This document shows positions 1 to 10,290 of a DNA stretch of 64,000 nucleotides, piece after piece. Below the pieces are notes generated by a model. The model did not search any database, was not told the DNA's origin, and saw nothing but the letters and a program-made list of their open reading frames with translations. The translations under genes and the position numbers were made by a program. The number at the start of each line of letters is the position of its first letter. Within the stretch, counting starts at the first letter, position 1. Origin of the DNA: an uncultured Gemmatimonadaceae bacterium. Lineage in GTDB: Bacteria > Gemmatimonadota > Gemmatimonadetes > Gemmatimonadales > Gemmatimonadaceae. Location of the stretch: NCBI GenBank assembly GCA_963716745.1, contig OY970320.1, forward strand, positions 1,952,001-2,016,000, read 5' to 3'.

Positions 1-543
1 TTCGCGGAGACCAAGTTCGTGGTCGACGCGATCGAAGCGAAGCAGCAGCAAGCGCTCGATCACGGAAAGTCGTACGAATCCAAGGCAATGTCCCTGTATG
101 AAATGGGCGTGATTCGTGAAGCCCAGGGACGGATCAGCGATGCGCGCGAGCTCTATGGTCGTGCGCTCGTGGAGGACATTACCTGGTATATGGCGCACAT
201 ACGACTTGCTGGACTGGCCGCCGCGTCGGGGGATAGCGCCACCGCGGTGAGCGAGTGGGCGTTGGCCGTCGCGATCAAGAATTCGGACCCCTCCATCTAC
301 TATCGATCTGCTGTCATGCTCGCGGCGACGGGCAACGTGGACGAAGCGATGCAGCAGCTCCACTCGGCGATTTCAATGAATCCGGACTATGCACCTCCAT
401 ACGAACTTCTGGGGCGATTGGAAGAGCTTCGCGGACGCACCGAAGATGCGCAGCATGCGTATCTCGAATACCTCAGCCGGGCCTCGCGCGACGCGCCGGC
501 GCGCGCATCGGTCGAGCAGCGGCTGCGCTCGAGATCACCGTGA
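1..543 (+). CDS. TPR-repeat protein, C-terminal part (probably starts before the window)
   Basis: Frame is open from base 1; helical TPR patterns (ARELYGRAL, AMQQLHSAISMNPDY); YESKA motif shared with the 813..2069 paralog. Confidence 0.8.
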   Translation, partial: FAETKFVVDAIEAKQQQALDHGKSYESKAMSLYEMGVIREAQGRISDARELYGRALVEDITWYMAHIRLAGLAAASGDSATAVSEWALAVAIKNSDPSIYYRSAVMLAATGNVDEAMQQLHSAISMNPDYAPPYELLGRLEELRGRTEDAQHAYLEYLSRASRDAPARASVEQRLRSRSP

Positions 544-812
544 GGGTCGCGTGCCGGCGCGGCGATTCCTGAGAGAACTCTAACGCGACATCCGGGAACG
601 GTGGTCGTCATCCCCCTGTGGATCACGGCAGACGCGCGTCGGCTCCCGGAGCCGAAGTGCGGCACAGCACTCGACGACGCGCCACCCGCGTTGCGCCACG
701 TCCAAGCGAAATAGATGTCGGTGTGGCGCGCTGGACATTGGCAGGGGTGTACGCGAGTATCGAAGTTCAGCACGTTCTCACCCACTCCACCCGCCGGCGA
801 GAGGAGACTGAG

Positions 813-2069
813 ATGAAACGCGTGATCGTCATCGTGCTCGCCGTGTTCGCACTCGCGACGATGTCCGCCGGAGCGCAGAGCAAGGACAAGACACCGAGGC
901 GACCGGGACTGCCCGCCGGGGCGGATACTAACGATGCGTCAGCATACTGGCGCCTCGGGGTCTCGAAATTGGTCGAGGATCCCTACAAGGCATCCGACGC
1001 GTTCTACTGGGCGACCCAGATCAATCCTACGTGGGCGGACGGGTACTACGGTGAGTGGGTAGCCGAGTGGCTGCAGAATCCGAGCGATCTGTTCGCGATG
1101 GAGGAGGGCGACGAGGGATCCAAGGGCATCGAGAAGGCCGCGCACATCGACTCTCTCCGGCTGAAAGCGCTCACGCTCAATCCATTCCTCTACGAGCGGC
1201 TCGAGCGAACGATGATCGAGCAAATGTTCTCAAGCCGATTCTCGGGTGCTCAGCGCGGCGAAGTCGAGGTGGCGATGCAGCAGGTCTGGAACAGGGGCCC
1301 AATGATGCGCGCGGTCAGTGCGTACACCCGCGGCATGTTCCACATCGCGCTCGCGAACTATGACACGGTGCTTTCCGAGATCGAGAGGGATGGCAGGGAC
1401 GATACGAAGAAGAAGGATGCGGATCTCCGCGCGTCAAGGCGCGCGTACGCCATCGCGACCATCGATCTCGACCGTGGGCGCATCTTCTATCTCGCGGGCA
1501 ATTTCGAGAGCGCCGCGGTGGAACTGCAGCAGGCGGCGCTCGGCAAGGAAGTGTCGGAGAAGAAGCGGGTGGTGCGCGTCTATGAATCCAAGGCGATCAT
1601 CCAACAGTCACTCGGACTGACATTCGAACAACTGCACAAGCCGGACTCCGCGCGCGAGGCCTACGGACGCGCGCTGGAAGAAGATCTATCGTACGCGCCG
1701 GCGCATCTCGCCATGAGCGGGCTCGCACTCGCGAAGGGGGACACCACGCAGGCCCTCAGCGAACTCGATCTCGCGGCGCAGATGTCGCCGAACGATCCGG
1801 CCACCGCGTTCTTCTACGGACGGGCGCTCATCCTCTCCGGGCATGACAAGGAAGCGATGGAGCAACTCCAGCGGTCCGTGAAACTGGCCCCGCATTTCGC
1901 CGCGCCACACGCGCTGCTCGCGTTCATCTACGATGGAGCAGAGTACCAGGATGAAGCGCGCGCGGAGTACCAGGCGTACCTGGGCCTGACTGTGCCGAAC
2001 GACCAATACGTCGCAAAGGCGAAGGAGCGCATGATCGCCCTCGCTCCGAAGGACTCCACCAAACCATGA
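813..2069 (+). CDS. Secreted TPR-repeat protein
   Basis: ATG at 813 after GAGGAG; Sec-type signal MKRVIVIVLAVFALATMSAGAQ; C-terminal TPR repeats; stop overlaps next start (ATGA). Confidence 0.85.
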   Translation: MKRVIVIVLAVFALATMSAGAQSKDKTPRRPGLPAGADTNDASAYWRLGVSKLVEDPYKASDAFYWATQINPTWADGYYGEWVAEWLQNPSDLFAMEEGDEGSKGIEKAAHIDSLRLKALTLNPFLYERLERTMIEQMFSSRFSGAQRGEVEVAMQQVWNRGPMMRAVSAYTRGMFHIALANYDTVLSEIERDGRDDTKKKDADLRASRRAYAIATIDLDRGRIFYLAGNFESAAVELQQAALGKEVSEKKRVVRVYESKAIIQQSLGLTFEQLHKPDSAREAYGRALEEDLSYAPAHLAMSGLALAKGDTTQALSELDLAAQMSPNDPATAFFYGRALILSGHDKEAMEQLQRSVKLAPHFAAPHALLAFIYDGAEYQDEARAEYQAYLGLTVPNDQYVAKAKERMIALAPKDSTKP

Positions 2070-3679
2070 CCCACAACTCGCTGCGAGGATCAGCGCTTGC
2101 GCTGGTTGCGATGGCCGGCGTCGCAATGGCGCAGACCGCTCCTGACAGTGCGGCGAAGCCGACGCGGCCGCGCACAGCCTATGAGGACATGGCGATGTTC
2201 AGCCAGGTGCTCAATCAGATCCGGGTGAATCATCCGGACTCGATCGATCAGCACGAGTTGATCGCCGCCGCGGTCGAAGGCATGGTGCACGCCGCCGACC
2301 CGCACTCGTTCGTGGTGTGGTTCACGCCGATGTCCGCCGAGAAGGAGAGGGCGGCCCTCGATGGGAAGCTCTATCCCGTCCCGATCACGTTCGAGTTCAT
2401 CGAGGGAACCCCTATCGTGGTCGGCATCGCGCCGGGGACCGACGCGGCGCAACTGGACATTCTGCGCGGCGATGCGCTGATCTCGGCCGACGGCCGCGCG
2501 ATCACATCGGAGCGCGAGCAGGAGCTCGATCTCGAGCTCGGCGGCCCGAAGAAATCCATGGTAAAGCTGGTGTTCGAACGGCGGCGGGTCGACGGCACCG
2601 TCGCCACGCTCGAGCGCAGCGTGAAGCGGGAGCGGCCCGACAAGGAGGAGACCTCCGTGCCGGTCGGATTCATGCTCGACGGGACGACCGGCTACATCCT
2701 GGTCAAGACGTTCATGGGCGAGAACATCTCCGACGATCTGCACCGCACGATCGGGCGGCTCCAGAATCACGGCATGCAGCGTCTGATCCTGGACCTCCGG
2801 CAGAATGGCGGCGGCCGGATCGACGAAGCGGCGAAGGTCGCCGGGGAATTCCTGCCGTCCGGCACGTTGGTGTATACGTCCGAAGGCAAGAAGGCGGCGG
2901 TCGCCGATACGGGTCGCGTGAGTCGTTCGTTCTGGAAGAGCGAAGAGCGATTCCCGATCGTGCTCATGGTCGATGGCGGGACGGCGAGCGCATCGGAGCT
3001 GGTCGCGGGCGCGCTCCAAGATCACGATCGTGCGCTGATCGTCGGTCAGCCGACGTTCGGCAAAGCGCTGATGATGCAGGGATTCCCGCTGGGCAACGGA
3101 TCCCAGTTCTATGGATACATCGAATTGGTGATCGGCCACGTGCGCACGCCATGCGGGCGCGTCGTGCAGCGGCAGTACCACGCGATGACGCGGCGCGAGT
3201 ACTACCGCATGGCGACTACGCAGCGCGACACCGCCGGGCGGCCGTCATGCAAGACGGATCACGGTCGAGTGGTGTACGGCGGCGGCGGCATTTATCCGGA
3301 CATCATCTTCGCGCCGCGACCGACGGTTCCGGCATGGGACTACCGGATACTCGAAGCCGATCTGCAGATCAAATGGATCCCGGGCTACATCTCCGCGAAT
3401 CCGTCGATCTTCCCGTCGCTCGACGCACTCGCGGCGAACCCTCACATGCCGGCCGCGGGGATCGCACAGTTCCGCGAGTTCGTCGCGAAGGAAGGCATCA
3501 CCGTGCCGCCGGGCGCGGAAGCCGACAGTTTGCTGAATCGCGTGCTCATCAAACGCGTCGGCGAAGTGAAATTCGGCGAGGAAGGATTCTACCGCATGGT
3601 CGCGCTCTTCGATGGCGATGTGAATCTCGCGGCGCAGTCCTTCGACAAGGCGCAACAGATCCTCGGCCCGGCGCACTGA
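2066..3679 (+). CDS. S41 family carboxyl-terminal processing protease (CtpA/Prc-like) with PDZ-like region
   Basis: Signal peptide; DLRQNGGG, TASASE (catalytic Ser), GQPTFGKA (catalytic Lys), GGGIYPD motifs. Confidence 0.92.
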   Translation: MTHNSLRGSALALVAMAGVAMAQTAPDSAAKPTRPRTAYEDMAMFSQVLNQIRVNHPDSIDQHELIAAAVEGMVHAADPHSFVVWFTPMSAEKERAALDGKLYPVPITFEFIEGTPIVVGIAPGTDAAQLDILRGDALISADGRAITSEREQELDLELGGPKKSMVKLVFERRRVDGTVATLERSVKRERPDKEETSVPVGFMLDGTTGYILVKTFMGENISDDLHRTIGRLQNHGMQRLILDLRQNGGGRIDEAAKVAGEFLPSGTLVYTSEGKKAAVADTGRVSRSFWKSEERFPIVLMVDGGTASASELVAGALQDHDRALIVGQPTFGKALMMQGFPLGNGSQFYGYIELVIGHVRTPCGRVVQRQYHAMTRREYYRMATTQRDTAGRPSCKTDHGRVVYGGGGIYPDIIFAPRPTVPAWDYRILEADLQIKWIPGYISANPSIFPSLDALAANPHMPAAGIAQFREFVAKEGITVPPGAEADSLLNRVLIKRVGEVKFGEEGFYRMVALFDGDVNLAAQSFDKAQQILGPAH

Positions 3680-3732
3680 GCGCCGGCGCCGGGCCGGTGG
3701 CGCGGGCACGGCGCGCGTTCTATCGTTGACGC

Positions 3733-4131
3733 ATGCCGAAGCCCGAACTGCTGGAGACATTCCCGAATCCCCACCCCAAGCGCGATTACGAGATCCGGCT
3801 CGAGTGCGACGAGTTCACATCGCTCTGTCCGGTGGGTGGCATCGAGAGCGATGCGGCGGAGCTGACGCTGCTGCAGGGCGGCGCGCCCGATTTCGGCACG
3901 ATCTACGTGACGTACATCCCGGGCAAGCTCTGCCTCGAGCTCAAGAGCGTGAAGCTATATTTCTGGAGCTTCCGCAACGACGGGATCTTCTACGAACGCG
4001 CGGTGAACCGGATCCTCGACGACCTCGTCGCTTGCGCGAAGCCGAAGTGGATGGAGATCGTCGGCGATTTCAACGTGCGCGGCGGCATCAAGTCCGTGAT
4101 CACCGCGCGCCACGGCACGAGGCCCAAGTAA
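3733..4131 (+). CDS. queF: NADPH-dependent 7-cyano-7-deazaguanine reductase (preQ1 synthase), unimodular type
   Basis: LETFPNP, EFTSLCP, PDFG, ELKSVKLY..SFRN, FNVRGGI motifs. Confidence 0.92.
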   Translation: MPKPELLETFPNPHPKRDYEIRLECDEFTSLCPVGGIESDAAELTLLQGGAPDFGTIYVTYIPGKLCLELKSVKLYFWSFRNDGIFYERAVNRILDDLVACAKPKWMEIVGDFNVRGGIKSVITARHGTRPK

Positions 4132-4135
4132 GACC

Positions 4136-4975
4136 CTACCGCACGGTGAACTGCCGGAACATCCCGTGCGCGGCATGCGACCGGCCGTCGTTCGCGTCGG
4201 GACTGAAACAGATGAGCGCGTATTCCCCTGGCGTGAGATCCAGGGTGACGAACGCGCGCTGGTCGGTGCGCATGGTGAACACGCCGCCCACGGGTTCGCC
4301 GGGCGGCGGTCCCTTCTGGGAGCCGAACCACGACACGTAATCGGCCGCCGATTTCCCGGGCGCGAGGCGCACCACCGTCACCTCGTGCGGCTGCGGCCCC
4401 GTGTTGAGGAACAGGAACGTGCGCCGCCCGCCGCCGATCGGCTTCGCGCTGGAATAGCCGAAGTCGTAGGCCGTGAGCGTGTCGGTCGCGACGGGCTCGA
4501 GCGCGGGCGGCCCGTGCGATGCGACCACGGTGAGCTCGCGATACTCCCCCTTCACCACGTGCGGGATGCCATCGGCGGCCTGCAGGAAGCACACGATCGC
4601 GTACGTCCCAGGCTCGAGCCGCATGGTGACCTCGGCGGTGCCCGCGATCGACGCGTTCACGCCGCCGGCCATGCTGACCCAATCGGGCGGCGGCCCGGCC
4701 TGCTTGAATCGATCCATGAATTGGTCGAACGTCCGGCCGCCGCCGATCCGAATGAGTGCGAGTTGGTGGAGTTCCGCCCCCTTGGTGACGAGGCGGAGCG
4801 TGGTGAGTCCAGCGGACACGGTGTCGGGCGCGTCGAAATGGTATGGCGACACGGTGACCGTCACGACCGGCGGAGCCGGTGCGCCGGAGGAGGACCGGTC
4901 CGCAGGCCGGCACGCGAAGGCGAACGGCCCGGCGAGCAGGAGTGTCCAAAGTGCGGCGCGCGGCCGGAGCGTCAT
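4136..4975 (-). CDS. Lipoprotein with two tandem cupredoxin-like domains
   Basis: Lipobox-like FAFAC; two repeats each ending L.PG.YA.(V/I)CF...DG..H...G, each with an upstream His. Confidence 0.65.
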   Translation of the reverse strand: MTLRPRAALWTLLLAGPFAFACRPADRSSSGAPAPPVVTVTVSPYHFDAPDTVSAGLTTLRLVTKGAELHQLALIRIGGGRTFDQFMDRFKQAGPPPDWVSMAGGVNASIAGTAEVTMRLEPGTYAIVCFLQAADGIPHVVKGEYRELTVVASHGPPALEPVATDTLTAYDFGYSSAKPIGGGRRTFLFLNTGPQPHEVTVVRLAPGKSAADYVSWFGSQKGPPPGEPVGGVFTMRTDQRAFVTLDLTPGEYALICFSPDANDGRSHAAHGMFRQFTVR

Positions 4976-5035
4976 GCGATGGGCCGGAGTTGAATGGAGT
5001 GCGGACGCGGGTTAGCATTCACTGCTGCAATGTGC

Positions 5036-5108
<73 letters not shown>

Positions 5109-5223
5109 CTGGACCCGGTTCACGGCCCGCCGCTCCGCCCGGAGCGGCGGGCCGTGCCGCGTTCGGCGGCGAGTCGCGCGCCTGAGTAGATTTAGGGCCC
5201 ACCCTTCATGCGCGGAGCGCCGG

Positions 5224-5463
5224 ATGATCAACGGGTTCGAGTTCGAAGATAGCGGGCGGAAGTATACGTGCACCGTTGAGCAGCGCGAGGCGGCCGCGAG
5301 CAATGCGTGGTGGTGGTTCGGCGTCACGTCCGACCGGCAGCGCTACGCGCCCTTCCGCGCGGTGTCGGGCGACACCCGGACCTCCGTCCAGACGCGGATC
5401 CTGGAGTACTATGGCGCGGTGCTCGCGCGGCGCGCGATGCATCTGCCCTATCGCCCGAAATAG
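5224..5463 (+). CDS. Small hypothetical protein (79 aa)
   Basis: ATG start, protein-like composition (WWWFGV, RYAPFRA), followed by a terminator hairpin. Confidence 0.65.
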   Translation: MINGFEFEDSGRKYTCTVEQREAAASNAWWWFGVTSDRQRYAPFRAVSGDTRTSVQTRILEYYGAVLARRAMHLPYRPK

Positions 5464-5491
5464 TCCGGGCGCTTAGTACGGTTCGAGCCGG

Positions 5492-5521
5492 ACGGCGGGG
5501 CGAAAGCCCCGCCGTTCTTGT
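5492..5521 (+). terminator. Intrinsic terminator-like hairpin
   Basis: ACGGCGGGGC-GAAA-GCCCCGCCGT perfect 10-bp stem with GNRA loop, followed by TCTTGT. Confidence 0.75.
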
Positions 5522-5577
5522 ATCCGGGGCTCTCGTGCGCCATCCTCTCTGCACGACGCCCCCACTCGAGGACCGCT

Positions 5578-7656
5578 GTGAGCCCGGATGATCCGTTGAA
5601 CGTTGCACCCGACACGATCTCCCGCCGGTCATTCCTCGAACGCAGCGCGCTCCTTGGCGCCGGACTGAGTGTCGCACGATCCGGCGCGCTTCCTGTCGCC
5701 GAGTTGCTCGAGCGGACCGCCGCCACGCCGCTCGCCGCCTCGTATTCGTATCGCGAGGGGCGCATCACGCTCAGCAACGCCGACATCAGAGCATCGTGGG
5801 ATCTGAACGGCGGCGCGTTCGTCGCGCAGCGGATCGACGACCGGCTGTCCGGCGTCACGTTCACGCCCGCGCCCGGCGTTTTCACGCTCCTGCTCGATGG
5901 CGGCGGCCAACTCGGCGCGGAGTCGATGCGGATCGTCGCCGGACCGCGTGCGGAGCGCCTCGTCGCACATGCGGGCTCGTCGCGCCTCGTCGAGCGATCC
6001 GGCGGATGGCACGTGTCGGTCACGCTGCGGGATGCCGATGAGCGCATCGAAGCGACGTGGCGCGGCGTGTTGCGGGACGGCTCGCGCTATGTGCGACAGG
6101 AAGTGACGTTCAGCGCGCTGCGCGAGCCCCTGGCGGTTCGGGAGATCGTGCTCGTGGACATCACAATGCCGCACGCCGCGGTCGTGGGCACGGTGAAGGG
6201 GAGTCCGGTCGTGGCGGGCGGCGCGTACGCGGCCTTCGAACATCCACTCTCCACGAGCACCGTGGATGGCGACCGCGTGCGCTGTTCGCTCACGCGCGAA
6301 CTCCCGCTGCGGCCTGGGGCATCCTTCGCGGTGAGCGCCGTGGCCGGTGTGACCCGCCCGGGACAATTGCGGCGCGATTTCCTCGGCTACATCGAGCGCG
6401 AACGCGCTCATCCGTACCGCACGTTCCTCCATTACAACTCGTGGTACGACATCGGGTACTTCTCGAAATACGATGAGGCCGACGCGCTTGCCGTGATCGC
6501 GGCGTACGGCACCGAGCTTCAACAGCGCCGCAAAGTGGTGCTCAGCTCATTCCTCTTCGACGACGGCTGGGACGACGCCGCATCGCTCTGGGGATTCCAT
6601 AGCGGATTCCCGCAGGGATTCGCTCGCGTGCGCGATGCCACCGCGCGGTATGGCGCGGCGCCCGGCGTGTGGCTGTCGCCATGGGGCGGCTACGGCGATC
6701 CGAAGAAGGCGCGGATCGCGAGCGGCAGCGCGCAGGGCTTCGAGACGAACGAAGGTGGGTTCCAGTTGTCCGGCCCCAAGTACTACCAGCGGTTCCGCGA
6801 CACCTGCCTCGACATGATCCGCCGCTACGGCGTGAACCAATTCAAGATCGACGGGACGGGGAACGCCGCGAGCGCATTCCCGGGCAGCGTGTTCGACAGC
6901 GATTTCGACGCCGCCATCGCGCTCATCGGAGAGTTGCGCGCGGAGGAGCCCGATCTGTTCGTGAACCTGACCACGGGCACGTACCCATCTCCTTTCTGGC
7001 TCCGCTACTCCGACAGCATCTGGCGCGGCGGCGAGGACCACGAGTTCGCGGGCGTCGGATCAATGCGCCAGCGATGGATCACCTACCGCGATGCGGATAC
7101 ATACGCCGGGATCGTGCAGAGCGGGCCGCTCTATCCGCTGAACTCGCTCATGCTGCACGGCATGATCTACGCGAAGCATGCGCACTGCCTCGACAGCGAC
7201 CCGGAGAACGATTTCCGCGACGAAGCGCGTTCGTACTTCGGCACCGGCACGCAGCTGCAGGAGATGTACATCACGCCTTCGCTCTTGAGCGACGCGAATT
7301 GGGATACGATCGCCGAATGCGCCCGTTGGTCGCGGGCGCACGCGGGCACGCTCGTGGATTCGCACTGGGTGGGCGGCGACCCCGGGAAGCTCGAGGCGTA
7401 CGGGTGGGCGGCATGGTCGCCCGGCGGGGCGACGCTCACACTGCGAAATCCCGCCGATGAACCCCGGAAGATCGCGATCGACGCGGGCACCGCGTTCGAA
7501 CTCCCGGAGGACGCGCCGCGGTCGTACACTCTGCGCAGTCCGTGGCGCTCCGAAGTGGAGCGACCACCGGTCCGCCTGCGCGCCGGCGCGCCGCACGAGT
7601 TCACGCTCGCACCATTCCAAGTGTTGACGCTCGCGACCGCTACCCGGAGTCCGTGA
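5578..7656 (+). CDS. Tat-exported glycoside hydrolase, alpha-galactosidase-like (clan GH-D-like barrel)
   Basis: Twin-arginine motif SRRSFL; HYNSWYD, FLFDDGWDD, GVWLSPWGGY and FKIDG motifs resemble GH27/GH36; start (GTG 5578) uncertain. Confidence 0.7.
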   Translation: MSPDDPLNVAPDTISRRSFLERSALLGAGLSVARSGALPVAELLERTAATPLAASYSYREGRITLSNADIRASWDLNGGAFVAQRIDDRLSGVTFTPAPGVFTLLLDGGGQLGAESMRIVAGPRAERLVAHAGSSRLVERSGGWHVSVTLRDADERIEATWRGVLRDGSRYVRQEVTFSALREPLAVREIVLVDITMPHAAVVGTVKGSPVVAGGAYAAFEHPLSTSTVDGDRVRCSLTRELPLRPGASFAVSAVAGVTRPGQLRRDFLGYIERERAHPYRTFLHYNSWYDIGYFSKYDEADALAVIAAYGTELQQRRKVVLSSFLFDDGWDDAASLWGFHSGFPQGFARVRDATARYGAAPGVWLSPWGGYGDPKKARIASGSAQGFETNEGGFQLSGPKYYQRFRDTCLDMIRRYGVNQFKIDGTGNAASAFPGSVFDSDFDAAIALIGELRAEEPDLFVNLTTGTYPSPFWLRYSDSIWRGGEDHEFAGVGSMRQRWITYRDADTYAGIVQSGPLYPLNSLMLHGMIYAKHAHCLDSDPENDFRDEARSYFGTGTQLQEMYITPSLLSDANWDTIAECARWSRAHAGTLVDSHWVGGDPGKLEAYGWAAWSPGGATLTLRNPADEPRKIAIDAGTAFELPEDAPRSYTLRSPWRSEVERPPVRLRAGAPHEFTLAPFQVLTLATATRSP

Positions 7657-9440
7657 TGAGTCTCACGACGCTCGATCTCGCGATCATCTTCGGTTCGATC
7701 CTCATCTCCTTCCTGCCCGCGATCTTCCTCGTGAAGCGCGCCAGCCGGAGCACCACCGAGTTCTTCACTTCGGGGCGCGCGGCGCCGTGGTGGCTCATCG
7801 GCGTCTCCATGGTCGCGACGACGTTCAGCACCGACACGCCGAACCTCGTCACGAACATGGTGCGCGAGAAAGGCGTCTCGGACAACTGGCTCTGGTGGTC
7901 GTTCCTGCTCACCGGGATGCTCACGGTGTTCTTCTACGCGCGCATGTGGCGCCGCTCCGGTGTGATGACGGACCTCGAGTTCTACGAGATCCGCTACTCC
8001 GGCAAGCCGGCCACGTTCGTACGCGGGTTCCGCGCGATCTACCTCGGACTCTTCTTCAACTGCGTCATCATGGCGACGGTGAATCTCGCCGCCGCCAAGA
8101 TCGGCAACGTCGTGCTCGGCTGGTCGATGGAACGCACGCTCCTCTTCGCCGCCACGATCACGATCTTCTTCGCGTCGGTGTCGGGACTGTGGGGCGTGAT
8201 GGTCACCGACTCCATCCAGTTCCTCATCACGATGACCGGCACCTTCGCCGTCGCGTACTTCGCACTGCAGCAGCCGGCCGTGGGCGGATTGAGCGGGCTC
8301 ATCCAGAAGATCGACCCCAAGACACTGTCGCTCCTGCCCGACTTCGGCGATTGGCCCACAGCGCTCGCGGTGCTGATCATCCCGATCACCATCCAATGGT
8401 GGTCGGTGTGGTATCCCGGCGCGGAACCCGGCGGCGGCAGTTACATCGCGCAGCGCATGCTCGCGGCCAAGAGCGAGAAGGATGCGCTCTCGGGCACGCT
8501 CTTCTTCAATTTCATGCACTACGCGCTGCGCCCGTGGCCATGGATCCTCGTGGCACTCGCCTCGACGCTCATCTTCCCGACGCTCGGCGACATCGCGCAC
8601 GCGTACCCGTACGTCGATCCCAAATTGATCGGGAACGACATGGCGTATCCCGCGATGTTGCGCTTCCTGCCGGCCGGATTCCTCGGCCTCATGATCGCGG
8701 GAATGCTCGCCGCGTACCGCTCGACGATCGAGACGCACCTCAATTGGGGCGCGTCATACCTCGTGCATGACTTCTACCAACGGTTCATCAAGAAGGACGC
8801 GAGCCAGCGGCACTACGTGTGGGCCGGCCGCATCGTGACGGCGCTGCTCATGATCGCCGCCGCGTCGCTCACCTTCGCGCTCGACACGGCCAAGGAGAGC
8901 TTCGATCTCATCCTCGGCATCGGCGCGGGCACCGGGCTCATCTATCTGCTGCGCTGGTTCTGGTGGCGCATCAACGCGTGGAGCGAGGTCGCTGCGATGG
9001 CGAGCTCGTTCATCGTCGCGGTCGGTTTCTTCATCGCGCGCAAGATGGGGCATCCGGTGGCATCCACCACGTCGCTCATCATCACAGTGGCGAGCACGAC
9101 CGTGATCTGGGTTGCGGTCGCGTTCCTCACGGAACCGACGGACCACGGCACGCTCGTGGATTTCTACAAGCGCGTGCGGCCGGCCGGCCCGGGTTGGAAC
9201 GCGATCCGCGCCGAGTCGGGCGTGCTGGCGTCGCCCGACAGCCTGGCGCAGGCGCTGCTCGGATGGGTGCTCGGCTGCACACTCATTTATTCCGCGCTCT
9301 TCGGCACGGGGAGTTTCCTCTACGGCCGCACGGCGCAGGGGTCGATGTTCCTCGCGGTGTTCGTGGTGAGCGCCGCCGGACTGATCCGGCTCTTCCCGCG
9401 GCTCTGGCCGGCGGGCGCGGCCACTCCGTCAGAGGGCTGA
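7656..9440 (+). CDS. Sodium:solute symporter (SSS family)
   Basis: FFTSGRAAPWWLIGVSMVATTFSTDTP, YIAQRMLAAKSEKDA, many TM helices; TGATG coupling to upstream gene. Confidence 0.92.
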   Translation: MSLTTLDLAIIFGSILISFLPAIFLVKRASRSTTEFFTSGRAAPWWLIGVSMVATTFSTDTPNLVTNMVREKGVSDNWLWWSFLLTGMLTVFFYARMWRRSGVMTDLEFYEIRYSGKPATFVRGFRAIYLGLFFNCVIMATVNLAAAKIGNVVLGWSMERTLLFAATITIFFASVSGLWGVMVTDSIQFLITMTGTFAVAYFALQQPAVGGLSGLIQKIDPKTLSLLPDFGDWPTALAVLIIPITIQWWSVWYPGAEPGGGSYIAQRMLAAKSEKDALSGTLFFNFMHYALRPWPWILVALASTLIFPTLGDIAHAYPYVDPKLIGNDMAYPAMLRFLPAGFLGLMIAGMLAAYRSTIETHLNWGASYLVHDFYQRFIKKDASQRHYVWAGRIVTALLMIAAASLTFALDTAKESFDLILGIGAGTGLIYLLRWFWWRINAWSEVAAMASSFIVAVGFFIARKMGHPVASTTSLIITVASTTVIWVAVAFLTEPTDHGTLVDFYKRVRPAGPGWNAIRAESGVLASPDSLAQALLGWVLGCTLIYSALFGTGSFLYGRTAQGSMFLAVFVVSAAGLIRLFPRLWPAGAATPSEG

Positions 9441-9450
9441 GCGCGGCGTA

Positions 9451-10290
9451 ATGACACCCGCACTCGTCGTGCTCGCCGCGGGAATGGGCAGGCGTTTCGG
9501 AGGCGACAAGCAAACGGTGCCGATCGGCCCCGGCGGCGCCACGCTCATGGAGTACGCACTGTTCGACGCGCTGCGCGCCGGGTTCGGTCGCGTGGTGGTG
9601 GTCGTGCGCGCTGAGATGCGGGACGCGACACAGGCTTCGCTCGAAGCGCGGCTGCGCGGGCGCGTTCCCGTCGTGTGCGTCGTGCAGAAATCGGATCGCG
9701 ACCGCACCAAACCGTGGGGCACGGCGCACGCCGTGCTCGCGGCCGCCGGCGAAGTGCGGGAGCCATTCGCAGTGGTGAACGCCGATGATTTCTACGGCCG
9801 GGAGTCGTTCGCGGCAGTCGGCGGTTTCCTCGCTGCGCCGGAATCGCCCGGGGCTCCCGCCTACGTGATCGCTGGATTCCACGCGGGCGCCACGCTCAGC
9901 GACGCCGGACCGGTGAGTCGCGCGGTGTGCGAGACTGATGCGGATGGCTGGCTGGTGCGCATCACGGAGAGAACGGAGCTCGTTCGCGGCGACGTTCCGG
10001 ACGACACGCTCGTTTCGATGAACTTCTGGGGGTTCACGCCGGCCGTGTTCGCGCAGCTCGAACCCATGTTCGACACGTTCCGCCGCGAGCCGGGAATGAA
10101 TCGCTCGAAGGAATTCCTGCTCCCGGACGCGCTCGGTCGGCTCGTAGCGGCGCGCACCGCACGCGTGCGCGTGCTGCCCACGGGCGGCGAGTGGTGCGGC
10201 GTGACCTACCCGGCCGATGCGCCCCATGTTGCCGAGCATCTTGCGGCGCTCACCGCGAGCGGAGTGTACCCGCTGGACCTGTGGGAGTGA
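9451..10290 (+). CDS. Sugar-phosphate nucleotidyltransferase (NTP_transferase family)
   Basis: LAAGMGRRFGGDKQ, RTKPWGTAHAVL, VNADDFYG, VSMNFWGF motifs. Confidence 0.88.
   Translation: MTPALVVLAAGMGRRFGGDKQTVPIGPGGATLMEYALFDALRAGFGRVVVVVRAEMRDATQASLEARLRGRVPVVCVVQKSDRDRTKPWGTAHAVLAAAGEVREPFAVVNADDFYGRESFAAVGGFLAAPESPGAPAYVIAGFHAGATLSDAGPVSRAVCETDADGWLVRITERTELVRGDVPDDTLVSMNFWGFTPAVFAQLEPMFDTFRREPGMNRSKEFLLPDALGRLVAARTARVRVLPTGGEWCGVTYPADAPHVAEHLAALTASGVYPLDLWE

Noticed and set aside
5578..7656. Toxin interpretation of the Tat protein (from memory, similar proteins are sometimes labelled enterotoxin)
   Set aside because: Motifs and operon context point to a carbohydrate-active enzyme; no toxin features are visible
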